In this document: one piece after another, positions 50,579-63,825 of the stretch
Position numbering within the stretch: the stretch's first letter is position 1
Layout: the number at the start of each line of letters is the position of its first letter
NCBI RefSeq assembly: GCF_964188315.1
Contig: NC_135663.1
Span: forward strand, 20,460,001 to 20,524,000
Origin: Podarcis muralis
Taxonomy: Eukaryota
Reading direction: 5' to 3'
Length of the DNA: 64,000 nt
The notes under the pieces: model-generated
Seen by the model: only the letters and a program-made list of their open reading frames with translations
Database searches by the model: none
What the model was told of the DNA's origin: nothing
Made by a program: the position numbers and the translations under genes

Positions 50579-52984
50579 AACAACAACATCCTTGAGGACA
50601 AGGAGATTGCGGCTGTGAAGAAATCCTTTGATATTTGCGTAGATCAAATATTGTAAATAGATCTATATCAGGCTTCCTTTGAAGACAGTCCAGAAATTGG
50701 AGCTGTTCCAAAATGGATCATAATGAGCACATAGTAACTTTGCTGATACAACAGCTTTGGATGGCAACACCCACTTCAAAGTGGGACTGTTGGCTTTTAG
50801 ACAGTATGAAAATATCACTTGCACTTAGGATAGTTAAGGAATGTTCTGCTTTGGGATACAGCCTGTAAGACATCTAGGCCAAGATACTGTAATTCCCACA
50901 CACGTGCAACATTGGCATTGCATATATTTTTTAAAGGCACATTTTTTAAAAGGAAGAATTGCCAAGTGTCTCCCCTCCTGGATCATTCTGAAGGAGCACT
51001 TAAAGAACCTCTCTGTAAGAAATTATAGATTAAGTCTTACAAAGGACAATCACATCAGTAGCCAGGACAGGTTAAAAGGGACCTTGAAAAACATAGCTTC
51101 ACTGTCTGCCTACATAAAATATGAAATCATCTGGACACTCCAAAAGTGGGGCTTTTGCCAAAACTGCTCTCAGCCAAAATTTGAACTGCCGGTGACTCTA
51201 CTTTCAGCGCCTAATTTGCAAAAACATGAAACAAGGGAACAGGAAAGTGTCTCTAATGGGTATAATAAATCAAAATCACATCAGTAAAAAGCAATTACAG
51301 CATATTTAAGTTCATACTAAGCAACCTACACAATTATGGGTTATTTTTAGTTCAAGCAATATATTGTAAAACCCTAAAGGGAATGCACCCCTTCCATGTC
51401 CTTTGCATTGATCACAATCTCCCATATTCCCTAAAAACCTTTTGACTTTATTGGCACTATTAGAGAACACAGCTACATCTCGCGGCAGAACTCAGCCAAC
51501 TAACCCATTTATACTACTGCTAGAAAGGGATGCTTTGTAGGGAAAGGCTGATCTTTTATCCTTTACACACCCACAAATGTGTTTCTCCGATGTCTCCCCT
51601 TGAAGTAAGATCAAATGAACTCACATCCCACCCAACCATAAGGGCACTTGTCAACACTAAGTGCATTTTCATAGACAAAGCTTAAAACCCCCCTGAGTCT
51701 TTCTTGTGCCATTTGTGTGACCACTGTTAATACAGAACAGGAAACCAAGAGAGGTATTTGTAATTCAAGAGCACATTCTGAGCAATATAGGTTTTACATT
51801 CACATCACAAACTGGTTTAAGGCCGCCCGCCCCGCCCCGCCCCCCCAATAATCCCGTAAGGTCTCACATGTTTTGAAGTAATTCAGATGTCTGCTTTGGA
51901 TTTCTTGAATAAATCTGGTAAAGAGTTGTAAGAATTCATAAATGCACAGCAATCCAAGACAGAGGAATGAATCAGTATGGTGAAAAGGTGTGACATGGGG
52001 AGAGTCCCAAGGGTCTCAGAGAGGTAAGGAAGACCACATTTGGTCCCCAGACCTAACGTTCAGCACCCCTTCTTTATTGCACCTATCTCCTGCCTTTTAT
52101 GGAAACTCTGTTGAAGAAACAGCTGCCTGCCCAACCAAGCAGATCAGATACTTCATACCTAAGGTCATATATTGATTTGCACAATCTCCCAAAACACTTT
52201 TGATTTTTAAATCTGAAAAGACTTCCACAAATTGGCCTTACTTGTCTCCAGTACTAAGCATGGAGCACTTGTGTCATACGTGAGATGTTATATTGTCAGG
52301 CTGAGACGTATATGTGGCAGCCATAACAGATTTCAGGCCTGAATCTAGGCCTGGGGTATATCATGGAGGCCATCTACTATAGCTGGGTGCTTGAGCCACA
52401 GTTAGGGTTGGAGATACAACTCGATGTGCAGAAGGCAGAAGTTATTGCTCTACGGAAGCAAGCAAGGGCAGAAGACTAGGCTAATATCTGAAATGACCCA
52501 ACACAGAGATTTTTTTACAGGCTGTTTGAACTTGGGACTAAACTATGGTTTAGGTTTTTATTTTAAAAACCCACCAACCATGCTGCAGCCAGAGTGGGGG
52601 TTGTACGCTCCCCCTCCAGCACAGCCATGAGAATATATTCATTTCCACATTATATTAACCACGGGTTGTTGTGTGATTTGGGTGTGATGCTAAACTGTGG
52701 TATACCTAAAATAGAAGAGAAAGCTTCTGATCTCCTCCTGTTGGCCTTGCTGGCAGGAGGGGGGGGGGGATGCATACACCTAAGGCTCATTGAATATTGT
52801 CCTCATAATGCAAAGAAGCAGGGATGCAAACACAGGTACTGTTTGCCAATCAAAGAGTTCAGGGCTAGATTTTGTCCTACACTCCAGTTAACTGAAGCAC
52901 ATGCCCTGAGCAAACTGGGCAGTAACAGAGGGAAACTTACAATATGCAATGTAAGCGTTAATGCAAACAAGAACCTTACAAAGC

Positions 52985-53150
52985 TCCAGAGCTCAGTGGT
53001 GAAGCATCTGCACTGCACACAGAAGGTTCTATGTTGTACACCCGACATCACTAGATAGCTCTGGGTATGTCCCCACCATGAAACCCTGGAGAGCTACTAG
53101 TAGTCACTCAGTATAAACAGTTGTCCCCTCACAGAACTACGATGCCCAGC
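52985..53150 (+). mobile_element. Degraded tRNA SINE of the 23935 family
   Basis: AGCTCAGTGGTGAAGCATCTGCACTGCACACAGAAGGTTC..GAAACCCTGGAGAGC. Confidence 0.6.
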
Positions 53151-54115
53151 ACCCTTAACCAGCTACAGTTTTCAAGATTCTTTAGAGAAATTATGGTGTG
53201 GATGTGACCAAAATGTTGCAGGTGGGACATCTAGGGCATGTGCATTGGTTTTTTAGTGAACTGATACTTTCCCACTTTACCTTGCTTCATTAGTCTTCCT
53301 GGATTTATAAGAATTGCCAAAGGAAATAAATCATGGGAGAGCATCAGACAGGTTCAAATAGTAGAGGAGGCATCCGAAAGTGGTATTCTGTAATACTGTT
53401 TAATACTTAAAATCAAAGCTCAAAGTGATTGAACAATTGTCCAGATTTAAGAAATAAAAAATAGAAAACCTGCTTCTCTTTTGTAATTTGAAAATTGAAA
53501 ACATTATTGATTCCCACACTACTACGGTACTCATTTTAAAGCTATTATTCCATCCCTAGTTATTCCATTTTTGCAGTCTCTCATTTGATATCAACTGAAT
53601 GTATCTTAATTTTTAGCTGGCAATTTTCCTTAACAGCAGAGTATGGTCTAGCATCTGAAGTATGAAATTTTAGCACTGATCACTAAAATGCTTCAGCAAT
53701 TCTTTGACAGTAGGCACAGATGTAGCATAGGAAAATGTTTTTGATTAGTCATCTGTTCTGCTATTGATACTGACTCCTCACAGAAGTTATTGACTGGGAT
53801 ATTCAATTAGACACATTCAATTATTGTTTAAAGTTTTACTCTAAGCTTTGGAGAACAGATTTTGTGTGACCGTGTTATAAGGCATTACAACCAATGCTGG
53901 TTCTTCTCTAGCCACAGACTGGCTATGTGTCTTTGGTACCAAAGTAAGTTATAGGAACCCCACCTCAAGTGGTAAAACTGTAGGAGAACAGACTGTAAAA
54001 ATTTTTTTATTGTTTTGTGGCTATTGATATAGCTGATAAATTATTGTCATGGCCTGATGCACGAATGGCACCAGGAATCATACAATGGACCAACTATCCT
54101 TACTGAAGCACAGTA

Positions 54116-54346
54116 CAGTGGTACCTCTGGTTACAGACGCTTCAGGTTACAGACGCTTCAGGTTACAGACTCCGCTAACCCAGAAATAGTACCTCGGGTT
54201 AAGAACTTTCCTTCAGGATGAGAACAGAAATTGCGCAGCGGCAGTGGGAGGCCCCATTTGCTAAAGTGTTGCTTCAGGTTAAGAACAGTTTCAGGTTAAG
54301 AATGGACCTCCAGAACGAATCAAGTTCTTAACCCGAGGTACCACTG
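54116..54346 (+). mobile_element. Tc1/mariner-type MITE
   Basis: TA-flanked CAGTGGTACCTC TIRs. 16-bp internal tandem duplication (CTTCAGGTTACAGACG) relative to the 14021 copy. Confidence 0.92.
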
Positions 54347-57014
54347 TATATCTTTCACTGCTCATAAAATAGTGGTTTTGTCCCAAATATATGAGAAACT
54401 ATGAGAAGAACCTACATGATGTGAGTACATCTTCAAATGTGTGGCTATGGGTCTCACATAAACTCAAAGAAACCTCAACCACCAATATCTCCATCAGCTT
54501 TCTCCACCTCACACCATCTATATGTTTTGCAGCACCCCACCCATCAGCTATAACCAACACAACTGTTCTGTTCTGTTGTTGGGAACTGTAACCCAAAACA
54601 TATGAAGGGCACCAGATTGGGAAAGGCTGCTCTACATAATGGACAAGTGCTCTTCATTGATGTTGCTTATTTTTACTTTTAACCCTATGCTGACATACCA
54701 TTACCACCTTCTGTCATAGTTCTCTTTGCTCACTTCTACTGTATGTCAACAGAGAAGCATTATCTTGATCTTCACAATGTTAATTCTTAACTCAAACTCA
54801 GACTGTGACACCTTAGAACACTAGCCTGCTCATCCAGGATGCAGAAAGCATACCAACATTTTTGTGATGTTTAAGAACAAATAAGCTATCATTGTAATCA
54901 AAATTCTATTTCTCAAGGCAATGGAACTTACACAGAAAGGTTGGATAATTTGCCTGGCAGTCAGAACTGCTGGATTAGATGAAGCTAATGACCAGGAATA
55001 CCATCCAAAATTTGCTCCCTGAAGGCTCCCTTCAGATTTTAAAACTACATGCTTTTATATTGCCGCATTTATAAATAAATGGCTGACTAGCTACTGCACT
55101 GTAAATGGCTGGTTAGAGCATCCATTTCTGCTGTGGAATTAATGTTGACGCAAGTATGACTGATGTTCTAGAGCTGATGGAGATGGCTTGACTATCTGCT
55201 ATCAGAATGGATGCAAGGTAATCAAATATCCAAAGTGCTTTATACGCCTTTGGACAAGCTTCTACAAATACATCACAAGAGAGAGCAGCTTTCTTTGGTG
55301 CAAACTCCAGCAGTTCTAGATGGAGTTTGGCATAATTTCAGTACTCCTTTATCCTCTCCAAATCTATAGAATAGATACACATGCCAGCATCTACATTTGG
55401 AAACATTTTCATTGTCTCTATGCTTACATATGGAAAAATATTTATGAAATTTTCAGTGGCATATAGTGTTAATAATATATTACATTAAGTAAAATCCTTT
55501 GTGACTAGATGCACTTGCTATCTCCATTCCTAAGGTCAGTGGTTTGGAGCAGAAAGTAGTTAGGAGCAAAAAAAAATCCACTGCTAGGAAAAGTTGGGCT
55601 GTTTTCAATGTACTGTGTTTAAATATGCAGATCTTTGCAGAATTTGGGACTGATGATATAAGGCAAAGTAATATATATTTATATGGTACTTCTAACCACT
55701 GATAGGAGTGAAGCTAAACAGAGCTGAATTCTGTGCATTGTTTTAATGCTTAAAATAGATTCATGAAACTGTACAAATTGTCACAAGTTATCAGAAAATT
55801 GCAAGCAGCTAAAACTTCTTAGACTGCATAAAATATGTATCTGTAAGTTTTCACAGCAAGACTGGTTCTCTTTTTCAGTTTAACTTATTAAAAGTATATT
55901 TTAATAACTCTGCCTACCCATTTTCTTTTCAATACAACCAATAACTTCAGTGTTTCTTTCTTTGAAAAGACTTTTTTTCCATTTCCAGAATATGCACCCC
56001 CCTCTCTCATGATCTTTGTTTCACTAGCTTTGATGTCACATTTAAATTCCTAGAAATAATGCCCTCTTAGTTTTCTCTGCTGCAGACAATATTGAACCCT
56101 GCTGCAGTAATCATTTGATTATAAGTGCAGCTGCACTTTCCACTGTGGTCTTCATTTGATCTGACAATGCAAATGTATTCTGATGTTATTTCTAACAATG
56201 ACTTTGAAATGATTTCATATTTATTCTAAGACTGCATAAGAGCAGCCAGTAGACAAATACACAGAAAAATGGGGTCTTATCTTCCTGTGCCAACAAATCA
56301 ATTCCGAGGCAAAGAACTTCTAAAGAAACCTTGCAATTAGCATATCACTAAAATAAATAAATACTTTCTTTTTTTTCCCCAGAGGGTATCAGATAAATCT
56401 TGATATGCAAGCTAGCAAGCAAGCTTTACAGGGAGGGAGAAAAGTGATTTCTGCAAAATGAACAACTAGCATGCACCAAATTCTTCTTAACAATATATAA
56501 TAATAAGATATAGCAAACTCGATTGCTGAGTTATGATGGCTATGCAACCCAAACTGAGCTACTGAGATACAAGTCTGGAAAAACTCTGAGGTTTGCACAA
56601 GTACAAAAATTCTTTAGGGAGAGAAAAAAATCTGAGGGAGCAAAACAAATAAATAAATAAATAAATCCCAAACAGGTAAATAAGAACTGAACATGCTTAG
56701 TGGTGTATCTATTGTGATGTGGGGTTGTGAGGAGTAAGAGACGTGAAACCAGGGGATAGAGGGGAATGGAATGGGGTCTCCTCAAAGAAGGTGGACTTGC
56801 TGGAACTGTGAACATATTCTTGTATATAACATTAATGTTCATGCACTTTTGCACATGGCAAGTTTCGAAGAATGAATGCCCCTCAATGAATTAACGCACA
56901 CCCAATGTGGGAAGGAGGGCTGCCCCACCAGCTCCACATTCAACATCACAAGCACCCCCAGCCCTGCCCCACAACGTTTGTGTATTTAGTACAATGTTTG
57001 AGAAGGCAGCCTAC

Positions 57015-57600
57015 AACATGAGTGTGAACAAACTGAAACTGAATTCAGACAAGACAGAGGTGCTCTTGGTCAGCTGGAAGGCAGAACAGGAGATAAGGAC
57101 TGCGCTTGTGCTGGATGGAGTAATGCTCCCCCTGAAGATGTAGGTTCCCAATTTTGGTGTGCTCCTGGATTCAGCTCCGAGCCTGGATGCCCAGGCTTCT
57201 GCGGTGGTCAGAAGTGCATCTGCACAGTTAATGCTCATGCACCAACTGGGCCCATTGTTAGAGATGTCCGGTGTGGCCGCAGTGACACATGCCTTACTTA
57301 ACATCCCATTTAGATTACTGTAACACAGTAAAGTACTGTAAACACCATAACACCACCTGGAAACCAATGTCCCCACTGTGGAAGGACGTGTGGATCCAGA
57401 ATCACTTACGGACTCATTGTTAAAACCGTGTTTATGGAAGACAATCTTACTCAGCTACAAGTGATCGCCAAAGAAGAACACATTTTACACGGGGCTGCCT
57501 TTGAAAAGTGTTCAGACATCCCAGGTGGCCCAAAGAGCTGCAACCAGACTGTTAACCATGGCTAGTTATAGAGAGCATACTCCCTAGTTACAATAGCTCC
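57015..57600 (+). mobile_element. L2 RT fragment, interrupted
   Basis: NKLKLNSDKTEVLLV..LDGVMLPLK..LGVLLDS..SLDAQASAV motifs. L2 resumes at about 57490. Confidence 0.8.
57350..57478 (+). mobile_element. RTE-clade LINE extreme 3' end nested in L2
   Basis: PPGNQCPHCGRTCGSRI..HLRTHC* (C-terminal C2H2-like knuckle with a deletion), then a GAAGAA-type tail. Confidence 0.7.
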
Positions 57601-60179
57601 ACTGGTGTCAGCTTGCCAGCTGCATGCGTTGCTGCACTTAGCAGAGAAACACTCCCAGCAGCCAGCCATAAATTCCTTTCTTTATTTCCTTCTGACAAGA
57701 TTACATGCAGAATAAACAAAGCGACCTGTCTCCCATGACACGTTGCTCTAACTACTTTCTCTTTTCCCTCTCCCTCGAGACCAACAGAGCCAACGGCTCA
57801 GCCCCTTCCGTTTTCCCCTCTGACGTGGATCCCCCTCTCTCTGAAGCACCCCTTCCTCCCCAGACTCACTATCCTCTTCTCTGTCTTCTGAGGAGGACTC
57901 AGTACTGAGCAGTGGAGATGTTCCCTATATCCTCTAATTCTTTCCTCCCTTGCTGCCTGCAGTTCCCTGACAACTGGCTACCAGTCTATTTCTGTGCACA
58001 ATTCAAAGTGCTATTTATAATCTATATAGCCATATATAACTTAAGGCCAGGATAGCTGAAGAACTGTATTCTCCCATACGAATCTGCCAGCAGAGGCCTT
58101 TATATCAGTCCCTCCACCTCCACAAGCACATTTGGTGGGGACACATGTACAGCAATCGCAATCCCTTTGTGATCACCTTGCACTGAGTGTGTACACTCAT
58201 GCAGCTGTCTCTTCTTTCAAACATTGTACTGGAAGTGTGGAAATCAGGGGCAGCAGAGCACATGACACTGGTGGCAGTAGGCACAGTCCTGGTCCCCATT
58301 TCACATACTGGATATATGAACAGAACGGGTGGTTTGAACAGCGAAAACATGTTTTAAAAATCTGCCACATTTACATGCATGAGGAGTCCTGGTCCAGCAT
58401 TATATTCCTGCTACATATGTGCTTGCTGAAATATATAGGCATTGTGTTTATTGCACAAGTTTTAAATGGTTCACTTGCCATTTCATACATGGAGCAATAT
58501 GCGCATGGGAAAATGAGTCACGATGGAACTGACCCTCAACATTTAAAGTTACATGTCTTCAATTCTTTTGGTGATGAGAAGCAAAGGGTATTTTACTTCA
58601 CAGACAAATCACTAAGAAGCAGAAGAAATAGAAACTCAATAAATATTATTGGGGGGGGAGAAGAAGCAGCAGAAGAAATAGAAAGAAAAAAGCTGGCATT
58701 TGGGGTCGTTTGCATGGCCTTTGGGTATGAAGCAGTGCTTTTTTTCTTTAAAAAATGTTTAGGGGTACTCTCATTTTCCTACTCATATTGAAATGCTGCC
58801 CCTCAATGAGGCCAAACTTAGATTCACAAAATGTTTAGAGATATGCGTACCCCAACGCCCCCTCAGAAAAAAGCACTGGTATTAAGTATCTGTGCCACAT
58901 GTCCATGACATTTGCTGCAGCCTTCAGCCACTCAAAGGGCCTCTGCCCCTTTAAACAACTCCACTGTTCTCCCTTCCTGTCCCTTCTATCTCATGGGACA
59001 TCCCTGTGATGCTACTTGGTTTAAGTCCCTCCTCAAAATCCATATTTTCTGTGAAACATTTAGCCCAATCCCCTACTATAACTAAGCCTGAATATGTGTA
59101 ACTGAAATAGTTACCTCTGTTTGTCTCCTTATCTTCCCTATGTCAAATTTTAGATTATAAACCCCATGAAACAGCAAGCTGTCCTCTGCCATACACCACA
59201 GTGCACACTGATGGCACCATAGAAATAAAGTTATTTCCCCCTAAAACTTGTTTTGTCGTTTACTATAGACATCAGAAAGAACTAATATTATTCAACTGAT
59301 GTTTTATCCTTGATCATATGCAAGAGACAGCACTAAGCTTCATAGGACAGAAACTATGCTTTTCAATTTCTCAATTCATGCAATCAGTTCCAAATAGACT
59401 GCCAAACATGTAAAAATAACCTTTGAGATAAAGAATCTTTTTATTCTTTATTGTTGTAAACAGCAATGCTACACAACAAAAAAGAAAATGTATCAGAAGT
59501 ATTGTATACTTATTGCCTGCAAGTTTTGAGAATTTTTATTCTAATTTTTCACTTTTTTGTTCCCCTCAGAAAAGGATAATCTTCTGTAAAATATGTTTTA
59601 TATAAACATAAGTCATGCTTTTCAAGTGTTCAGAGTTTGCACTGAGCTTCCTGATCTTAGATTAAAACATGCTTTTGCAGAAGGAGAAATAAATGAACAT
59701 TGCAAAGATATTGCAGCAGGCAATAAAATGTTTGCCTGGAACAAAACATAATCCATTTCCAGCCAAAAGAACTGGGGGGGGGGGGGGGGGGACACACAAG
59801 TAGGAAGACTTTTCTAAGAGTTCCTAGAGATAAATCAGTATGTTCTTGCATATTTATTTTCCTGATTTCTGGGGAATTAAAAAAAAAGTTAAAAAGAAAT
59901 GAGTGAGCAAGGACAAAGTCATGTCATGGATTTAAAACTGGCTGCTTGAAAAGGAAAGTTTTAATAGTGTTTAAACAGTGGTGTGCTACTAGGGAAATGT
60001 CGAAGGGATATCTGTTGACTCATCAGAGAATAAGAGAAGAGTGAATTCGTGAGGATTACTACTATATGGTGAAAGTTCTCCAGTGTGTCTCTGGGCACCA
60101 TTCAAAGCATTTGATTTCACCATTCTTTAAATTACAAGGGGGGACCAGAGAATGTTTTAAAAAAGCTAAAATGGGGTGG

Positions 60180-60500
60180 GAAGGATGGTCTGGCAGCTGT
60201 GACTGTAGAGACCAATACAGCAGAGACATGTTTTCTTGCAGCTGGGGCTGATGAAGGCATCCAGTTGTGCTGCTGCAGATGCACCACAGCGTTTCTTCTC
60301 CCTGAACTTCTCCCAGAGGCCATCCCTTTTCTGGTCACTACTGCGGATACTCAACCTGACTGTCTGTATCCAGGAACTGCGACCGTCTGCAACCAATCGT
60401 CACATGGTGGGGGTGATGTTGCCAGCCTTCATGTCTTGTTTGCAGACATATTTGTAACACAAAGGGTGTGCCAATGGGCCTGGTGTCTGAAGCCAGCCCC
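60180..60500 (-). mobile_element. RTE-clade LINE ORF C-terminal fragment
   Basis: Minus strand RPIG..YKYVCKQDMKA..ADGRSSWIQTVR..KRDGLWE..AFISPSCKKTC..IGLYSHS matches RTE YKDxCKRDLK and the C-terminal zinc-finger-like motif. Confidence 0.8.
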
Positions 60501-60666
60501 ACATCGAGCAGTGTCTCTAGTCCCAAGCAACCCCACAAACTCACTTGGAGGTTTTTAAGCAGAAGTTGGATGGCCATCTGCCATGGATGCTTTAGCTGAG
60601 ATTCTTGCATTGCAGGGGGCTAAACTATACAGCCCTCCCTTCCAACTCTACACTATGATTCTAGCC

Positions 60667-61615
60667 AAGGGGTCAGCAAACTTTTTCAGCAGGGGGCCGG
60701 TCCACCGTCCCTCAGAACTTGGGGGGGGGGCAGACTATATGTTGCAATGATTCTGACCCACATTTTTGCTAAAACCCTTTGTGCTGGTTCTGGGGGCTAA
60801 CTGAGAGGTGAGGTCCGAGTCCAGTCCGAGGTCATTGGTGCAGTATGGAGGCTGTCCATCAAAGCTGTAGCTGGGTCCAAGGCAGGGAGTCGGGTAGGGT
60901 CAGGAACTCTGGCAGAAGAGCAGGACAGGGTGCAGGCAGGAACAGGCTAGCAACAACGTTGCTCCCGCAACCTGGGACTGGGGCTGACTGGCTTTCATCT
61001 GCCCCAAGGCATAGAGTGGCCCCAGTCCACAAGTGACTTGCCTCTCCTGGCCCAGAGGCGACCACTCCTCCTGCGGGAACTTAGTTCCCTCCACCTCTCT
61101 GCCCTGAGCCTCTGTAGCTCAGGAGAGGCTGGAGGGTTACCGGACCCAGAGGCAACCTCCTCTTCCCCTGATGGGGCTGAGAGTGGAGCACCTGCAGGCA
61201 ATGGGTCCTCCATCACCTCAGGGGCCAGAGCTGACTCAGCTGGTGCCTGCACCTGAGGATCCAGCACAGGTGAGGACCCTTCAGGCTCATGCCCCAGCCC
61301 CGGCTCAGCTGGTTCTGGAGGCGGGGACTCCTGTGCAGGCTGGGATTCCTCAGGTTCAACCTCTGATTCCGAATCCCAGGCCATCACACCCTTATTGGGA
61401 CCCCAACGTTGCTGCACGTGTGCAAGCGATGGACGGAGAAGGGACTTGTCTCAAGCAGCAGTCTGCCTCACTTTTGACCCCCAAGCCTGGCTGAGTCGCA
61501 AAAACCATCGCGCACGCACTATGCCGGCTGCCCGGATTCCCGGACCGTCCGCGGACCGGATCTAGAAGGCAATTGGGCCTGATCTGGCCCGTAGGCCTTA
61601 GTTTGCCGACCCATG
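60667..61615. mobile_element. hAT element of the 37135 family carrying an LTR
   Basis: Left and right ends match the 37135 copy. Perfect 8-bp TSD TTCTAGCC at 60659-60666 and 61616-61623. Confidence 0.9.
60740..61388 (-). mobile_element. Solo LTR (Gypsy-like), about 649 bp
   Basis: Minus strand begins TGTGATGG and ends GCAACA. GC-rich, with an acidic/Pro-rich pseudo-ORF (DSESEVEPEE..RRRSGRL) like those I recall from squamate LTRs. No TSD. Confidence 0.6.
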
Positions 61616-62769
61616 TTCTAGCCCTCTTATTGCTGTCTTCCTTCACTATAGTCCAGTATTTGTTCTTCATTACAGATTGTGGTTAAGGAAGAGAGAACTT
61701 AACTATGAACCTGGTTGAAACAACACACAAAATCAAACCTTGGCTTAGCTGCTGCAGTGCAGTGAGCTAAAAGGACGGGAGAGGAACAAAGTGGCTGCAA
61801 ACTCCTCCGCAGTGCATTCACGCTAAACCATGGTTTGACTTAGCATTATGCGACAGTATATACAAACATCCAGACACACACACACCTGCACAAACATCTT
61901 AGCTATCCTGCCAATATATATATTTAAAAAAGGTAAGTCGTGATGCATTCCAAGCCTTTTGCAAAACAGTTCTTCGATAAGCCACACAGCTGTTCTGCTT
62001 GTTATCTCATTACAGTGCTGCAACACCACCCACACACCTACACAGAGCTGGTTCCCCTCTGTAGAATGTGTTATTTATTTGATGAAATATATTTACTTCC
62101 ATTTGTTTTCAATAAAGTCTTGCCATTAAAATATGAGAACTGTTATGAAAAGAGGCAATGAGGTGGAAAGCTGTCTTTTAAACCTTTTTGGTTTTCCTCC
62201 ACTAAGAAAAAGGTCCTGATATATATTTCAAACAGATAGGAACTGGCACAATCTGTGAATCCATGTACACTGCAATGAATTTAATTTAATCCTTAAAAAA
62301 ATAACTTGACTGGAAAACGCAGTTCAGGGGGCTATATTGTACACTGAATTTCATTTATAATAAATAAAGTAAAATGATTCGCTGTACCACTATAATCTCT
62401 CCACGTGCACAGCTGTGGGGTTATGATTTTGTATGCCAGCATTTCCATAGCTAGTAGTGAATACAATTTTGGAGCTGTCAAAAATGTATTGGATGGAACT
62501 TGAAATACATATAATCTCCTTGGCAAATAGTTTACACCCTGCTACAGCGCTCCTATTGGTTTCTTTTTCAACGAGGCAGAAGCAAGCAGAAGAAAGCTTT
62601 CCAGAATATCAATAGTAGCAATTCTATTCATTTATTATGATATTTGTTAAATATAATTGGAAAAGTGAATGCAGCATATACCTCCTTTTCTGTTCTCCTA
62701 ATTAAATGTCATGTGGCTTGGCACAGCTTACAGCACTGTTAGAAGGTGTGGGAATTAATCAAGATTGCA

Positions 62770-62935
62770 GAGGACAGGCCTATCAATAGTTATTAGCCAT
62801 GATAGCTAAGCAGATCTTCCACATTCAGAAGCTACAGATCTCTGAATACCATTTGCTGGGGGACAAATATGTCCTTCCCAGAAGCATCTAATCAGACACT
62901 GTTCAAAATAGGATGCTGGACTGTGTTGACCAACT
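62770..62935 (+). mobile_element. CR1 3' end remnant
   Basis: CTATCAATAGTTATTAGCCATGAT..CTGAATACCATTTGCTGG..AGGATGCTGGACT. Confidence 0.55.
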
Positions 62936-63221
62936 TTCTTCAACCTTTGCAGACCCAGGACCCATCTTTAGCCCAAACATGCATTTAGTGACCCACTTCT
63001 TTTTTAATTATTTTATATTTTACCCTATACTTTTATGGTGCTTCTGTAATGACCCAACATAGGTCAGGCTGCAACTCACCCGTTGAAGACCACTGGTATT
63101 GACTGTTGGTCATATCTAGGGCTGTTCTTATGGTCTAATGTGCCATGTTTAAAACACCAGTTGTAGCAGTAGACAGTCATACCATATATAGCATGATGAC
63201 AAACCAACAAAAATGTGAAAA

Positions 63222-63825
63222 GTACTTTCTTGGGCTCCATGATCACTGTAGATGGTGACAGCAGCCATGAAATTAAAAGACACCTGCTTCTTGGGAGAAA
63301 AGCAATGACAAACCTAGACAGCATCTTAAAAAGCAGAGACATCACCTTGCCAAAAAAGGTCCATATAGTTAAAGCTATGGTTTTCCCAGTAGTGATGTAT
63401 GGAAGTGAGAGCTGGACCATAAAGAAGGCTGATGGCCGAAGAATTGATGCTTTTGAATTATGGTGCTGGAGGAGACTCTTGAGAGTCCCATGGACTGCAA
63501 GAAGATCAAACCTATCCATTCTTAAGGAAATCAGCCCTGAGTGCTCACTGGAAGGACAGATCCTGAAGCTGAGGCTCCAATACTTTGGCCACCTCATGAG
63601 AAGAGAAGACTTCCTGGAAAAGACCCTGATGTTGGGAAAGATGGAGGACACGAGGAGAAGGGGACGACAGAGGACGAGATGGTTGGATAATGTTCTCGAA
63701 GCTACCAGCATGAGTTTGACCAAACTGCGGGAGACAGTGGAAGACAGGAGTGTGTGGTGTGCTCTGGTCCATGGGGTCACGAAGAGTCGGACACAACTAA
63801 ACGACTAAACAACAACAACAACAAA
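63222..63825 (+). mobile_element. RTE-BovB LINE, 5'-truncated 3' end with (CAA)n tail
   Basis: Uninterrupted about 195-codon frame FLGSMITVDGDSSHEIKR..KAMVFPVVMYGSESWTIKKA..IDAFELWCWRRLLRVPWTARRSN..HGVTKSRTQLND*, the classic BovB ORF C-terminus, followed by (CAA)n. Confidence 0.97.

Noticed and set aside
55230-55255. miR-17-family-like CAAAGTGCTT
   Set aside because: Only the seed region matches. The remainder and the hairpin do not fit.
58132-58791. 219-aa ORF
   Set aside because: No recognisable domain, no splice or promoter context, and composition looks random.
60995-61417. 140-aa acidic/Pro-rich ORF as a host protein
   Set aside because: It lies inside the solo LTR and is best read as repeat-derived.
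63076-63780. 234-aa minus-strand ORF
   Set aside because: Antisense shadow of the BovB coding frame.
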